Assembly (NCBI RefSeq): GCF_963921235.1
Contig: NC_086104.1
Span: forward strand, 137,330,001 to 137,394,000
DNA length: 64,000 nt
Direction: 5' to 3'
DNA from: Mobula hypostoma
Lineage: Eukaryota
The notes beneath the pieces were generated by a model. The model did not search any database. It was not told where the DNA came from and saw only the letters and a program-made list of their open reading frames with translations. Positions 50,931-63,416 of the stretch are shown here, piece after piece. The translations under genes and the position numbers were made by a program. Positions within the stretch are counted from its first letter, which is position 1. Every line of letters starts with the position of its first letter.

Positions 50931-51944
50931 ACAGTTAGGCTGAAGGGTATGTTTCTATATTGCGTGACACCTGGGGAAAAAGGGAAAAAACACACACGCA
51001 CGCACGCTGAAAGTGAAAACTCCACAAAGAAAACACCTCAAATCATCAATGAACACAGTAAGTTAACTCTACGATATGTGGGAAATTAGAGGCTGATTTA
51101 TGCGCATTGAACTCTAACACATATGAAGGAATAAATATTCTTCCCAGGAGAACTCTCCAGCTTCTTCTTAGAAACAGGACAGTAGGATGGAATCCTCGAC
51201 ACCAGCTGTTCTTGGTCATCTGAAAGGTGTTTTCTTCGATAGGGCATTATATTCCCCCAGTACTGGCAGTAGAGAATCTCTGGATTTATCAAATGAAGTG
51301 TGACAAATTGAGATGTTCCAAAAATCAACAATTAGGATTAGAAAGTGACTCGCACTCATTCGCAAATCCCAGTAAAGGCTGGCTGGTTTAATGAGCCCGC
51401 AGATCAGCTTTTAAGATTTGTTGCAGTCAAGTGGCTAAAGCCTCATAATGAAACCCTGAAAGATTTTTCTTCTAAGAAACTGCAGGGTTCTCAAATGCAA
51501 CAAACAGCATTTAATTTGCTGTTTAAATGACATCACCAAGTAATAACAGTTAGGAAGAGAAAGTCAATGTACTCAGTGAAAAAGACTCACGCTCAGCATG
51601 CTGGAAGCAGTTACCTCTGGAGTTACAGACTTAAGCACTTGCATTTAATCTGTGCAATATAAAACACTTTCTCAAGTACCTTTTGTCAAGGATTTAAAGA
51701 ACAATTATAGAATTTGCAATTCCATGCTCAGAACTGAATCTAGTAGGCTGACTAATTGTCACTTAATATTAAGTGGGACCTGGAGAACAGACACCAAAGA
51801 TAAGTGAACAAGGAGCCAGGAAGAGAGAGAAAATTTGCTTTCTTCATAAGTTGAAGAGAGCCAGGGCAGTGGGACTTTTCTAAAGGCAATATCGATAGCA
51901 GGGTGGACTTGGTGAGTTGGATCCTGCACAGTGGTTTCTAACTC

Positions 51945-52490
51945 AAAAACTTCTATAGTTGTACAGTGGAGAGCATTCTGACAGGCTGCATCACTGTCTG
52001 GTATGGAGGGGCTGCTGCACAGGACCGAAAGAAGCTGCAGAAGGTTGTACTAGCCTACAAAGTCCCCAGGACATTTTCAGGGAGCGGTGTCTCAGAAAGG
52101 CAGTGTCCATTATTAAGGACCTCCAGCATCCAGGGCATGCCCTCTTCTCACTGTTACCATCAGGTAGGAGATACAGAAGCCTGAAGGCACACACTCAGCG
52201 ATTCAGGAACAGCTTCTTCCCCTCTGCCATCCGATTCCTAAATGGACGTTGAGTCTTTGGACACCACCTCACTTTTTAAAAAAATATATAGTATTTCTGT
52301 TTTTGCATGTTTTTTAAAATCTGTTCAATATATGTATACTGTAAATGATTTACACATTTATTATTATTTTTTTAATATAATTTATTATATATTTTTTCTC
52401 TCTGTTAGATATGCATTGTATTGAACTGCTGCTGCTAAGTTATCAAATTTCACGGCACACGCCAGTGATAATGAACCTGATCCTGACTCT
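51945..52490 (+). mobile_element. Rex1/Babar-like LINE 3' fragment
   Basis: ESILTGCITVWYG...HPGHALFSLLPSGRRYRSLKAHTQRFRNSFFPSAIRFLN. Confidence 0.8.
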
Positions 52491-52729
52491 GTTGTTCCAG
52501 GAACTTGGATCCTGTTTAGCCAAGGTTCCATATTTGCTGTTTCACGATTTTAAACCCAAGCCCTTCCCACCCCTCCCACTTAGAGTGGGTGGTCTAATAT
52601 CAGCACTGAGACAGATTCAGTTTAATTAAAGTTCCCAACTTCGCTGCTGCATCAAGTAACTGTGTCACAAAGTGTCTATGTCTGCTTTCCTGACTGCCAG
52701 TTCCATCCAATAACAAACACAAGCTAGGT

Positions 52730-54045
52730 TAGCATCGGTGAGACTTGGCGCAGATTGGGGGACCGCTTTGCTAAACACTTTCACTCTGACCACTGCAAAA
52801 GGCGAGATCTCCCCATGGCTTCCCATTTCAATTTGACTTGCAATTTCCATTCTGATGTGTCTGCTTTTGGCCTCCTCTGCTGCCAGGATGAGACCAAACT
52901 CAAGTTGCAGGAGCTACAACTCGTAATCTGAGTAGCGTCCAACCTGATGGCACGAACAACGATTTAGATTATTAGATTATGAGGACACGCAGTCCTCTTT
53001 TATTGTCATTTAGTAATGCATGCATTAAGAAATGATACAATGTTCCTCCAGAATGATATCACAGAAACACAAGACAAACCAAGACTAAAAAAACTGACAA
53101 AACCACATAATTATAACGTATAGTTACAACAGTGCAAAGCAATACCGTAATTTGATAAAGAACAGACCATGGGCATGGTAAAAAAGTCTCAAAGTCCCGA
53201 TAGTCCCATCATCTCACGCAGATGGTAGAAGGGAGAAACTCTCTTCCTGCCATGAACCTCCAGCGCTGCAAACTTGCTGATGCAGCACCCTGGAAGCACC
53301 CGACCACAGTCCGACTCTGAATCCGTCCGAAAACCTCGAGCCTCCGACCAGCCCTCCGACACCGAGCACCATCTCTGCTGAGTGCTTCGACCCCGGTCCC
53401 AGCAATAGGCAATAGGCAAAGCCGAGGATTTGGGGCCTTCCCCTCCGGAGATTCTCGATCGCACAGTAGCAACAGCAGCGAAGCAGGCATTTCAGAAGTT
53501 TCTCCAGATGTTCCTCCATGCTTCTCACGTCTGTCTCCATCAAATCAGGATTGTGCACAGTACCTACTTAACAAATACGATACCATTTTGGAGCGGCCGC
53601 GCACGCTGTGTTGCGCCACCATCTTCTCCTCCCCTCCAATTTCTCTGACTCTCAGTAATTTCTCTCCCGCCCACCTCTCTTTTGCTATTTCCCTATTCTG
53701 GTTACCCTCTTCTTTCTTTTCTCATCACCTCCCTCTGGTTCCCCTCCTCCTTCCCTTTCTTTAATGCTTTACTATCCTCTCCTATTAGATTCCTTCTCTT
53801 CAGCCCTTTACCTCTTCCACCGATCATCTCCCAGCTTCTTACTTCATCTCCCTCCTCCTTCCCCTCAACTTACTTATCACCTGTCAGGTTGTACTCCTCC
53901 TCTTCCACCAATTTCTTATTCTGGCTTCTCCCCGTTCCTTTCCAGTCCTGATGAAGGGTCTCTGTCAGAAACATCAACTGCTTATTCCCTTCCATAGATG
54001 CTGCCTGACCTGCTGAGTTCCCCTGACACTTTGCATCTGTTACTC
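52730..54045 (+). mobile_element. Penelope-like GIY-YIG remnant plus 3' end with hammerhead (53943-53980), interrupted at 52966-53636
   Basis: IGETWRRLGDRFAKH...DLPMASHFN...GLLCCQDETKLKLQE. Resumes after the insertion. Motif CAGTC-CTGATGA-AGGGTCTCTGTCA-GAAA-CA-TC-AACTG. Confidence 0.8.
52966..53636 (-). mobile_element. Second copy of that element, inserted into a PLE
   Basis: Flanked by CGATTT/CAATTT (probable TSD); the PLE sequence rejoins across it. Confidence 0.8.
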
Positions 54046-56624
54046 TAGGTTTGAAGGATTCAGTGTTTCTTCGTATTCGATTATCAGGCTGTGGACACTG
54101 GAAAAACATCCCAGTGCATTTCATGAAAGGAAGAATGCAGAAACAGATCTTCACTCAGCATGGGCGTGACATTGAGTGTACTGTCTGAGGGCAGTGGGAG
54201 TAGGTTCAAGAGGGGCCTTCCGAACAGAATAGGATGAGAAAGGTGTGCTGGAAAGTTCAGGGATGCTACAGGGCAGCAAAGGGTGGCGGGGCTGAATGGC
54301 TCTCTACCCAGCTGCTCAGAGGATCTGGCAAGAATAAATTCCGCTCCAGAAGAGGAGACACTCAGAGCTTTGGTCAAAAACGCTGCAACATTAGTAAGAT
54401 GTCAGCTGCAGGTTGGAAGAAAACAAAATATTTAACAACAGTTCAAGTTCTTAAACTCAATCTGCCATTCAGCTGGATCATAAACGATTACAATCTTATG
54501 TTCTTTAACCTTACTATACATCCTCATGACTTCAGCCAGTAAAATGTACTAATTTCCAATCTGGTCCAGAGTCATCTGGGGGAAAAACAGGACCAACTAT
54601 TTACAAAGCCACTTGTGGTAGCGTAGTTCCTAACATCGGTCCTGACCGACCTGGTTCTAAGTTTACGATCATGACCCTTTGCTCCAGGTTGCTGAAGCAG
54701 GGAGTACATAGTGTTGTGCCCACAGAGTGCTGCACTTCCAGGTGTACGAGGTTCCAAGTTATCTTCCACCTTGCCACGAGGGAGAAATAGAAGTCAGTCA
54801 CAAGATATGAGATGAATAAATACCTACTAGTTCTAAGGGATCTGGATCTTGATGAAACAAACTCAAAGGTTACTACATGGAGAAGGAATCACTTCCACCC
54901 ATGCTGTCAATAATTTCTCCCTTTTTTGTCAATCCCCCAATCCAGTAATTACACTCACACTCTGGGAGGAAAGTGCTCACATCACTCACTTCAATTACTA
55001 GATTAAAACCTCCCTTAGTGCGAGAATATGGTGTATTTTGTTGTCTGAACAGAAATTCAGGTTGTGAGTTTAAATGAGTTGGGTTCAAATGATTTGCAGA
55101 AAGCTAACACTGTTCCTGATAGTAATCCTTTGAAACCCTTCGGATATTTATAAAAGGCAGTACTGTATTATGTGCAAAAATTGTCTTGCTAGAGTCCGCA
55201 GTGTATTTTTAGATGGACTTTTTAAACATAGAATAGACTTTCTCCTGCATCCATCTTTTCTTTCTCGCCTCTTTGAAAGTAAGTTGAGCTAAGACCAGAC
55301 GAGTCTGAGCTCCTATAAGTATTGGAGCAGAATTAAGTCATTCTTCCCTTCTAGTCAGCTTGGCGATTCAACGATACCACATTTATTTTAATTCTATCCT
55401 CCCACCATTCCCTGTAACACTTAACCCCCTTACCAATCAAGAACCTATCATGCTCTGTCTTAAGTACACTCTGTACACCTGGGTGTATCAATAATACCAA
55501 GGACCCAAGGCGAGGGCGTGCCTGCCTGGGGGAAGGTGCAAGAACGAGGATTTACACAGTATGGAAACAGAATCTTCAGCCCACTGAGTTGTGCTGACTA
55601 TCATGCTCCAGTCAACATGAATCCCAATTTATTCTCCCATTTTCCTATCAATTCCCTCCAGGTTCTACCATAAGCGTAGTGTGGAGTCCCGGGGAGTGGT
55701 TGACATGATCTATCTGGATGCTTGTAAGGGGAAGCTGAGGAGTAAGGGATTGCAGGTTGAGTCAGTGTAATGAGACAAAGAGTGGTGGGGGAGGGATGGG
55801 AACAGTTAAGCAGAATGAGACACTTCTGTGCTGGAGTTCAAAGTTCACCAATGTGCATCTCTTTCCTCATTCAAGGCTCGGATATCTACCTGCACCCACA
55901 ATAGGCCTACCTCTGCCTAACTGTTGCCAACACACACTCTCACACCAATGAACATTTCCAAATGTGAAGTTGCTCTGTTAATCTACTTTGCAACCTTGCC
56001 AACTAAACAGCCTGACTGCCAGCGTTCAGTCTGAGCCACCTGGTTCACTCTTAACCCGTGCTGTGATACATATTGCAGATTAGTGGGATGAATTTAATCC
56101 ACTGCATTGTCCTTTGTAGTTTTCAAAGGTCTGAGACTCTTTTATGCTTTTCCCCAGAGCTACAACGCTTCGGCTAAATCTTACTGTCTGACCACGTGCA
56201 GTCTACTTAATTTCCTGGATACACTTATTCCATAACGATGGTGCTGTTTGTCGATTAAAGCAGCCTCTCCCCAGGAGAACCTTATTGTGGGGAGGAATGG
56301 GCAAAAAAAAACTGAAAAAGTGATTTAGGATTGAGAGCAGACTTTACTTGCTAGAGGGCTGGGAATCTGCAGAATGATAATCAGAAATGGTAAATAAAAC
56401 TGTGTCAAAGTTGAGGTTTAGATGTTGGTTTGAAGTGAAAGAGAACGGGATGTGTGTGGATGGACAGGAACACTGCACTGTGGAAAAGGAACAGCTAAAG
56501 TTCATGGGATGGAACAAATGGCTTCTGTGTTGTGAATTTTCTTTGTTTTACTATCTTTACTGAAGTAAAATCTATATTAGGCATTAAAAAAATCAATTAG
56601 TTGCATTTCTGAAAGAAAAGTTGC

Positions 56625-56806
56625 AGGGGAGGCAGGAGAGAGAGAGAGAGAGAGTGGGGGAGGAGGGGGAGAAAGGGGGAGAAGGGAGTGGGAGAGAGGG
56701 AGAGGAGGGGAGAATTGGGTGGGAGAGAGGGGAGGAGGGGAGGAGTGGGTGGGAGAGAGGGGGAGGAGGGGAGGAGCAGGTGGGGAGAGAGAGGGGAAGG
56801 GGGAGG
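56625..56806 (+). repeat. Polypurine GGA/GA tract
   Basis: Almost pure G/A with repeated gggagagaggggaggagggg. Confidence 0.9.
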
Positions 56807-57639
56807 AGTTTGTTGAACTTAATCATATTTTCCTCTCATGATTGAATAATAAAATTAACAAGAGATTAAAGATTAAAATGTATCAATCTAATAATTTGCA
56901 CTTTTAACCATGTAAGGACATTGTAAGAGCAATACAAAATGGTACTTAAGGTAGTGACTACAAGTTGAGTCAAGGAGCAAGGATTTACAGGCAGAGAAAT
57001 GGCCAGAGAGATTAAGGCAGAATTTTCAAATCTTGGGTACGGCAGCTGAAGGCATGGCTTCAATCTTACAAATCAAATCCTTCTTAAATTTTAAACGTTT
57101 AGAGAACTTGGTGATTATGGGACCAAGTGCCCAAATGTCACAAACTCCTCCATACAGATATTTCAACCATGAGCTACTCGTGGCATTGGTCACTTCCTGA
57201 TAAATTATATGTGCTATATGTTCCTTGTGCTGTGTATGACTGTTGGTATTGTGTTTTGTACCCTGGCCCTGGAGGAATGCTGTTTTGTTTGGCTGTATTC
57301 ATGGGTATGGTTGACTGATAATTAAACTCGAACTTGAACTTTCAGTCACCTGCCCTGTGTCAGCTGACAATGTTGGCGCCCATCCCAGTAACACTGCCTG
57401 GAACTGCGCCCATTGTGGGTCGGGCAAAACAATATCCTGACAGCCAGACCCAGAACACCCCAGCTACCGAGAAATCTTCTCTTTCTGACATGAGGCGTTA
57501 CAGAATGAAGGAGCATCTCTGACTTACACAGGCCCACACTCTCTTCCCTGTTCTTACCCAGTCTCTCCTGCAGCATTTGGCCTTTCCTCCTGATCTCCTG
57601 GGTCGAAAGACTGAATAAAACTTCCTGTCCCAGAATCAA

Positions 57640-57905
57640 CCTCAACAGTAACGTAGCATCCAAGTTTGGAGTTCAGTTCCAGCGTCGTCTTTAAGGAGTT
57701 TGAATATTCTCCCCACGGTCACGTGGGTTTCCTCTGTGAGCTCAGTGTTCCTCCCACAGTCCAAAAACATGTTAGTAGGTTAATTGGTCGTTGTTAATTG
57801 TCCTGTGATAAGTCGGTGGGTCACTGGATGTGCAGCCCATTGGGTTGGAAGGACCCATTCCACACTGTATCTATCTATCAATCAATCAATAACCTAATTA
57901 ATTAA
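57640..57905 (+). mobile_element. V-SINE (HE1-like)
   Basis: gagttcagttcc, V-domain, (tcaa)n tail. Confidence 0.7.
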
Positions 57906-59437
57906 TTAATTTCACCATTATTGTTAAGATTTAAGCCCTGACTCTCTTGGTGGGCAGTTCATACAACAGCATTGAGCTGTCAGTCCAAACACTCATCAAA
58001 GCCAATTCATCTTGGTTTATCCTGACCGACAAAAAATTTGCACAATTTGGAGTAAATTGTTCAAAGTGGGGAACTTGCAAGCCATTCACTATTGTAATGT
58101 CGTTTTTGTACTCTGATTATATATTTTGTAGTTTCTTATGACGTAGGAAGCCAATCGGTGTGTAGATTCGATGGCAGCTCGCAGGGGATTCTCATCAGTC
58201 CCACTCCCCCACTTATTTTCTGTGACCCAATACCACTTATCATCAGAGGTCGTCAGGCTTTTGATTGGTCAGGGGATCACGTGTTACTGGGAGAAGGTGG
58301 GAGAATGGGGTTGAAAAGAGCATCAGCCATGATTGAAAGATGGAGCAGAATCGAAGGACCAAATGGCCTAATCCTGCTCCTATATCTTATGGCCTTATGA
58401 TCAAGGATTACTGTCACCCGGGCCATGCCCTCTTCTCACTGCTACAAAATACAGGACAAAAACCAGAAGGCCCACCAGGTTCAAGAACAATTCCTTTTCT
58501 TTCATCAGGTTCTTGAACCAACCAGTACAACCCAAATCACCAGCTCAGCAACTAAACAGCCAGCCCACCATTTGTACTACAATAGAATTGTCTTTGATTG
58601 TGTCTTATTTTTGCACTAAGATCTTACAGTCCTTATCTCACGGTATGGTATATTTTCACAGTTATTTTCCGTGTTGTTTTATTTTCTGTATGTTGCCTGT
58701 CCCTCTGTGCCTGTAACGCCACTACAAGCAAATGATTCACTGTATCTGCAACTTACTGTACTTGCACACGAGACAACAAACTTGACTTGGTTCATACAGA
58801 ACACCTATCACATACCCATGAGCCCAAATCTCTTGCTACGTGGTTGGACCAGGGGCAATTTGCAGTGGTCAGTTAGCCTACAGCATGCTTTAGGACTGCG
58901 AGGGTGGTGGGGTGGAATAGAATTCATGTAATCACACAGGAAAACTGTGCAAACTCCACACAGTCAGTACCAAAGGCCCAAATTCAACCCGAGTCATTCA
59001 CTGCTGCACAACCACACCACGGAAAGCCCTGGAACAGATTTCTCCCCACCTTTCCCCAAAGTCTAAGATGCCAGACAGAATTATGCCAGATAGGATTGAA
59101 TGTTCACCTCAGAATTCCATTGGGATTCATCGATTTTTGGATGCTTTTATTGCAGTTCAGAAACTAAAAGGTTGGAAACCCTTCATTCATTGGAAAGCGC
59201 CTGATGGGTAAGGATGGACAGGAAACATTTTAATAGAAGTGTATAAAGCAGTGGGAGGTCTCAGCCTGTCAAACAGAAAGGAGCTATTTCCCTTACAGAG
59301 AAATTAGTAAAGAGGGGTCACAAATTAAGGTCAATCGGTAGGAGGAGGAGAGTGGAACTGAGCAAAGAAATATTTCATCCAACAAATGGTGACGGGGACC
59401 ACATTACATTTATAAAATATCTGAATTTCCACAGAGC

Positions 59438-59616
59438 TTTAAGCTACAGGTCTGTGAAGTGGGGGGAGGTGGGGTTGGTGTGATGTTTATGCCAGTATGG
59501 ACATGATGGGTCAAATGGCCTCACTATTGGCCCATTTGACCCATCATGCCCATGCTGGCATAAACATCACACCAAACCCACCTCCCTGCACTTTATCCAT
59601 AGACCTGTAGCTTAAA
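59438..59616. repeat. Inverted duplication of a CR1 3' end (~80-bp arms)
   Basis: tttaagctacaggtct...gggtcaaatggcc / ggcccatttgaccc...agacctgtagcttaaa. Confidence 0.85.
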
Positions 59617-59829
59617 TTTGCTGTAAATTTCCAAGACATGTTTGAACTCTGAATTGGAGCTGCCAGTAGAGATTTAAAGGTACAATTAAGTGGGATGAAC
59701 CTATTGGGAATTCAGGTACTTTTCCAGCCAAAATTGCCGTAAGTGAAGTTTGGATCAGCTTCAGTATGGATGAATGACTTCCTGATGGGTTTCACGCTGA
59801 AATGATTTCCATTAGATTTTTAAAAACGC

Positions 59830-59964
59830 AAACACGAGGAAATCTGCAAATGCTGAAATCTCAAGCAACACACATCAAAGTTGCTGGTGAACGCAGCAGG
59901 CCAGGCAGCATCTCTAGGAAAAGGTACAGTTGACATTTCAGGCCAAGACCCTTCGTCAGGACTC
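59830..59964 (-). mobile_element. Second copy of the same mini PLE-end subfamily, hammerhead with CpG-type changes
   Basis: Nearly identical to 63263-63392. Core GAGTC-CTGACGA-AGGGTCTTGGCCT-GAAA-TG-TC-AACTG at 59927-59964. Confidence 0.75.
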
Positions 59965-60139
59965 ACATGTTAATGAATTTCTGTACAACACACTCAGCCA
60001 CACCCAAGCACCGTGCCCCAAACTAAAGAAATGCACTGTTTATCTTTCTGTGATGGGTTGGGACTTCCCCAGGCTCTGGGGACACTGATACGTATGGGAG
60101 TCAGCAGCTTCTCTGGCCGAGCGTTTGAGACCCACGGTG

Positions 60140-60860
60140 TTAAATGGGGGAAGACAACAGAATAATACGGTGGGGGGAGGGGAAGGAGGATAGCTAGAAG
60201 CTGATAGGTGATGCCGGGTGAGTAGGAAAGGTAAAGAACTGGAGAAGAAGGAATCTGATAGGAGTGGAGAGTGGACCATAGGAGAAAGGAAAAGAGGACC
60301 CTGGTGATAGACGGGTGAGAAGAGGTAAAGGGCCAGAATGGGGAATAGAAGAGGAGGGGGAGGGGAAGGGATTTTTCTTTTTAAAACTAGGATGCAAAAT
60401 CGATATTCATGCCATCAAGTTGGAGGCTACCCATACGAAATATCAGGTGTTGCTCCTCCACCCTGAGGCTGGCCTCATCTTGGCACAAGAGGAAGCCATG
60501 AACCGACGTATCGGAACAGGAATGAGAATCAAAATTAAAATGTCTGGCCACCGGCAAGTTCCGATTTTGGTGGATGGTGCGGAGGTGCTCGACGAAGCGG
60601 TCCCCCGATTGACGAAGGGTCTCACCAATGTAGATTAGGGTGCATCGGGAGCACCGGACACATTAGACGGCCCAGTAGTTTCGCAGATGAAGTGTTGCCT
60701 CACGTGGAAGGACTGTTTTGGGCCCTGAATGGCGGTGAGGGAGGGGGTGAATGGGCAGGTGTAGCATTTTGGCTGCTTGCAGGGATGAGTGCCAGAAGGA
60801 AGATTAGTGGGGAGGGACGAATAGACAAGGGAAGCACAGATCCCTGCATAAAGCAGGGTA
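60140..60860 (-). mobile_element. Penelope-like element remnant, GIY-YIG endonuclease region plus 3' UTR
   Basis: Frameshifted translation FHVRQHFIC...LIYIGETLRQ.GDRFVEHLRTI...LPVARHFN...LRVEEQHLIFRMGSLQLDGMNIDF. Confidence 0.85.
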
Positions 60861-62159
60861 GGGCGTGGTGTAGAATAAAACCACCTGGCATAACATAATA
60901 ATGGAATTTGGAGAGTTCATAGTTACTGACTATATTGTTGCTAGATCTAACTTGCTTGCTAATAGCACTGTGGGAGCAATTTCACCAGCGAAACAGTACA
61001 ACAAAGAATATGTAGGTATATTGGTACACAGCAGAATTTTTGTGCACAATAACGTCACAAATATCCACTCCTCAGCCATCCAATTGATTGTGTGTATGTG
61101 TAAGCCGCAAATCTCCCAACACTTTTACAGGTCCAGGTGTTGTCATGGCAACAGTATACAAACAATTTGGTTACCTAAATAAAATAATTACATTGAACAC
61201 TGTGGGAACCCTTTGAGTATAATCCCTATTCGAGATGTGTGGTAGCTTGATTGAAAAGACACTGAATTACTAGACATACACTGTGTTATTATGTGCATAC
61301 ATAATAAAGAACTTCAGTTCCCAATGTGCAATGGGGGCAGTTCAGGGGATATGGGAAGTGATGTTGGTGAGCTGGTTGCACACGCTTATGTCAGACTGAA
61401 GCCATTTCACTAAATAAACATGTATTAGTTTTACCCATACCTAAGTTTGTCTTTTATCAAGAACAAACATAACACACACTGTGCTGAGAATCACAGTCTG
61501 TGTTGAAGTTTGAGTGCCGTGCTCCATTACAGCATCCATTTGTCTCAACACTAGAGGATGTAGGGACATGAACCTCCAGCAAGAAAAACCGAAAATGTGC
61601 ACCCACGAGTTTCGCAACCCTGCAGAAACATGAAGGGTAAGGGCAGACACCTGTTCCCTTTCAGCCTGATGCATTCACAGAGAATGAGTCCACATGACAA
61701 AACATGCTGGTGTCAGATTTTTGAGAACTCTCCAACTAGATCCACGCCTCTGCTCGTACTCCACAGCCAATTTACGGTTATGTTTAGCTCATCCCTTTGA
61801 AAGTTGTGGCTAAACTTTCTTTCACCACCCTGTCAGGCAGCCTGTTCGAGATCACTGCTCCTTCATGTTGCCTCTCGTCCTTCAGCCAATTCTGGTAAAT
61901 CACTGACCATTCAGTTGCTGGAAGCAAATTGTCCAGAGGAACAGATAACGCTGCAGTACAGAGAACTCAACGACAGCTTGTGTACAGTCAGATTCCACAA
62001 CAGCAAGGTGAAAATGACCAGCTATTCTTTTCTCAGTGCTGGAAGGACAAATATGGACTACAATAATCAGATAATTAGTTGTCAACAATTCTTTCTCATG
62101 CACAGCTAAATGACCCACCACAAGGTAATTGCAAAATTCTGAGCGATTACTATCATTGC

Positions 62160-62695
62160 AAGGGCGTATGGATGTCGCAGAGGGGTAGTACCTCTGGTGA
62201 AGGGGCTTGTCGTGTCCAGTCCAGGGCAGCTCACTCACCTTTGGGCCCCACCAGACACTCAGCTCTCACCTGTGGCTGCAAGTAGCTGTATGCTTCTGAC
62301 AGCGGCCGCTCCCTGGTACACCACTTCAACAGGCGGGGTAAATCAAGTGAGGGTAGCTGGCGGACCTCATACCGCGGTGAGATAGGGACGTGCCTGCCCT
62401 AGAGTGCAAAGTCAACTCTGGTGGACTGGGCAGATGAGATCTACAGTGAGATCCAGCGGGCAGGAAGACGGTTCTGCAGTGTTTCGTGGACAGTGAAGGG
62501 CATGGCAAGGCACAGAAGGAGTCATGGTCCTCCACTGCAACCAAGGAGGACCCCAGATTGTGCCGACTAGTCATGCCACTGGGCCCAGACTTCTGAGGTC
62601 AAGAGAGTCACACTGCCCCACTGCAATGGTTTTTCCACTTTAAAAACTCTCCCGCACAGGTCTCCTCTTATTGTTGGATACTACAGACAACCAAT
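62160..62695 (+). mobile_element. Second copy of the 32075-32560 element
   Basis: Shared acctctggtgaag, caccagacactca, gatgagatctacagtgag, ccactttaaaaa. Confidence 0.65.
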
Positions 62696-63262
62696 GCTAC
62701 CTTTTCAAAGGTCCCATCTTTCAGATGAGAGTACAGATCATTCAGTTTAATGGAAGATTTAGTTGCACAGATGGAGTAAAGCAGAGAGGTGTTGCACCTT
62801 GAACAGGCAGAGAAAACAGACTGTGGATCTGTTTCATCTGAGCCTCACACCATTCTGACTTGGAAGTATTTCACTGGCCTGGTAGGCTCTGCCAGCAGTA
62901 ACACAGAAGCACATTCACTAGGACTGCGGCGGTTCAAGCTACCTCAACAGCACCTTCCAAAGGACAACTGGGAATGGGCAAAACATCTCCCAGATCACAT
63001 CACAAATAAGGAATCAAAAGTCTTTCAGTTTATCTGAAATTTCTTTTTTTTTAAACAGTTGAATGAAGTTTTTACTTATAGCACCTCAACATAGCAATAA
63101 TGCAAACAAGCGTTTTCCAAGCAACTTTCAGTCACAATTCATCAAGTTCACAAAATGTATTTTTTTTTAACATTACAGTTTAGAACAGAATCAGAACAAA
63201 GTTGCCAGTGAAGTGATGCTTTGATAGTGTGTTCAAGCAAGAGAACAAGTTGAGCATCCTTC

Positions 63263-63416
63263 CACGAGGAAATCTGCAGAGGCTGGAACTTCAAGCAACA
63301 CACATCAAAGTTGCTGGTGAACGCAGCAGGCCAGGCAGCATCTATTGGAAGAGGTACAGTCGACGTTTCGGGCCGAGACCCTTCGTCAGGACGAACTGAA
63401 AGAATGTGTGTTGCTC
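63263..63416 (-). mobile_element. Mini Penelope-derived unit (hammerhead + 3' tail + short inverted tail) with 11-bp TSD
   Basis: GAGCATCCTTC at 63252-63262 and 63417-63427. Terminal tgtgtgttgct is the inverse of internal agcaacacaca. Confidence 0.75.
63357..63394 (-). ncRNA. Minimal type-I hammerhead ribozyme motif, intact core
   Basis: Minus strand reads GTC-CTGACGA-A-GGGT-CTCG-GCCC-GAAA-CG-TC|GAC-TG: all core nucleotides, stem II, palindromic ACGT stem III and a GUC cleavage triplet. Confidence 0.8.
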
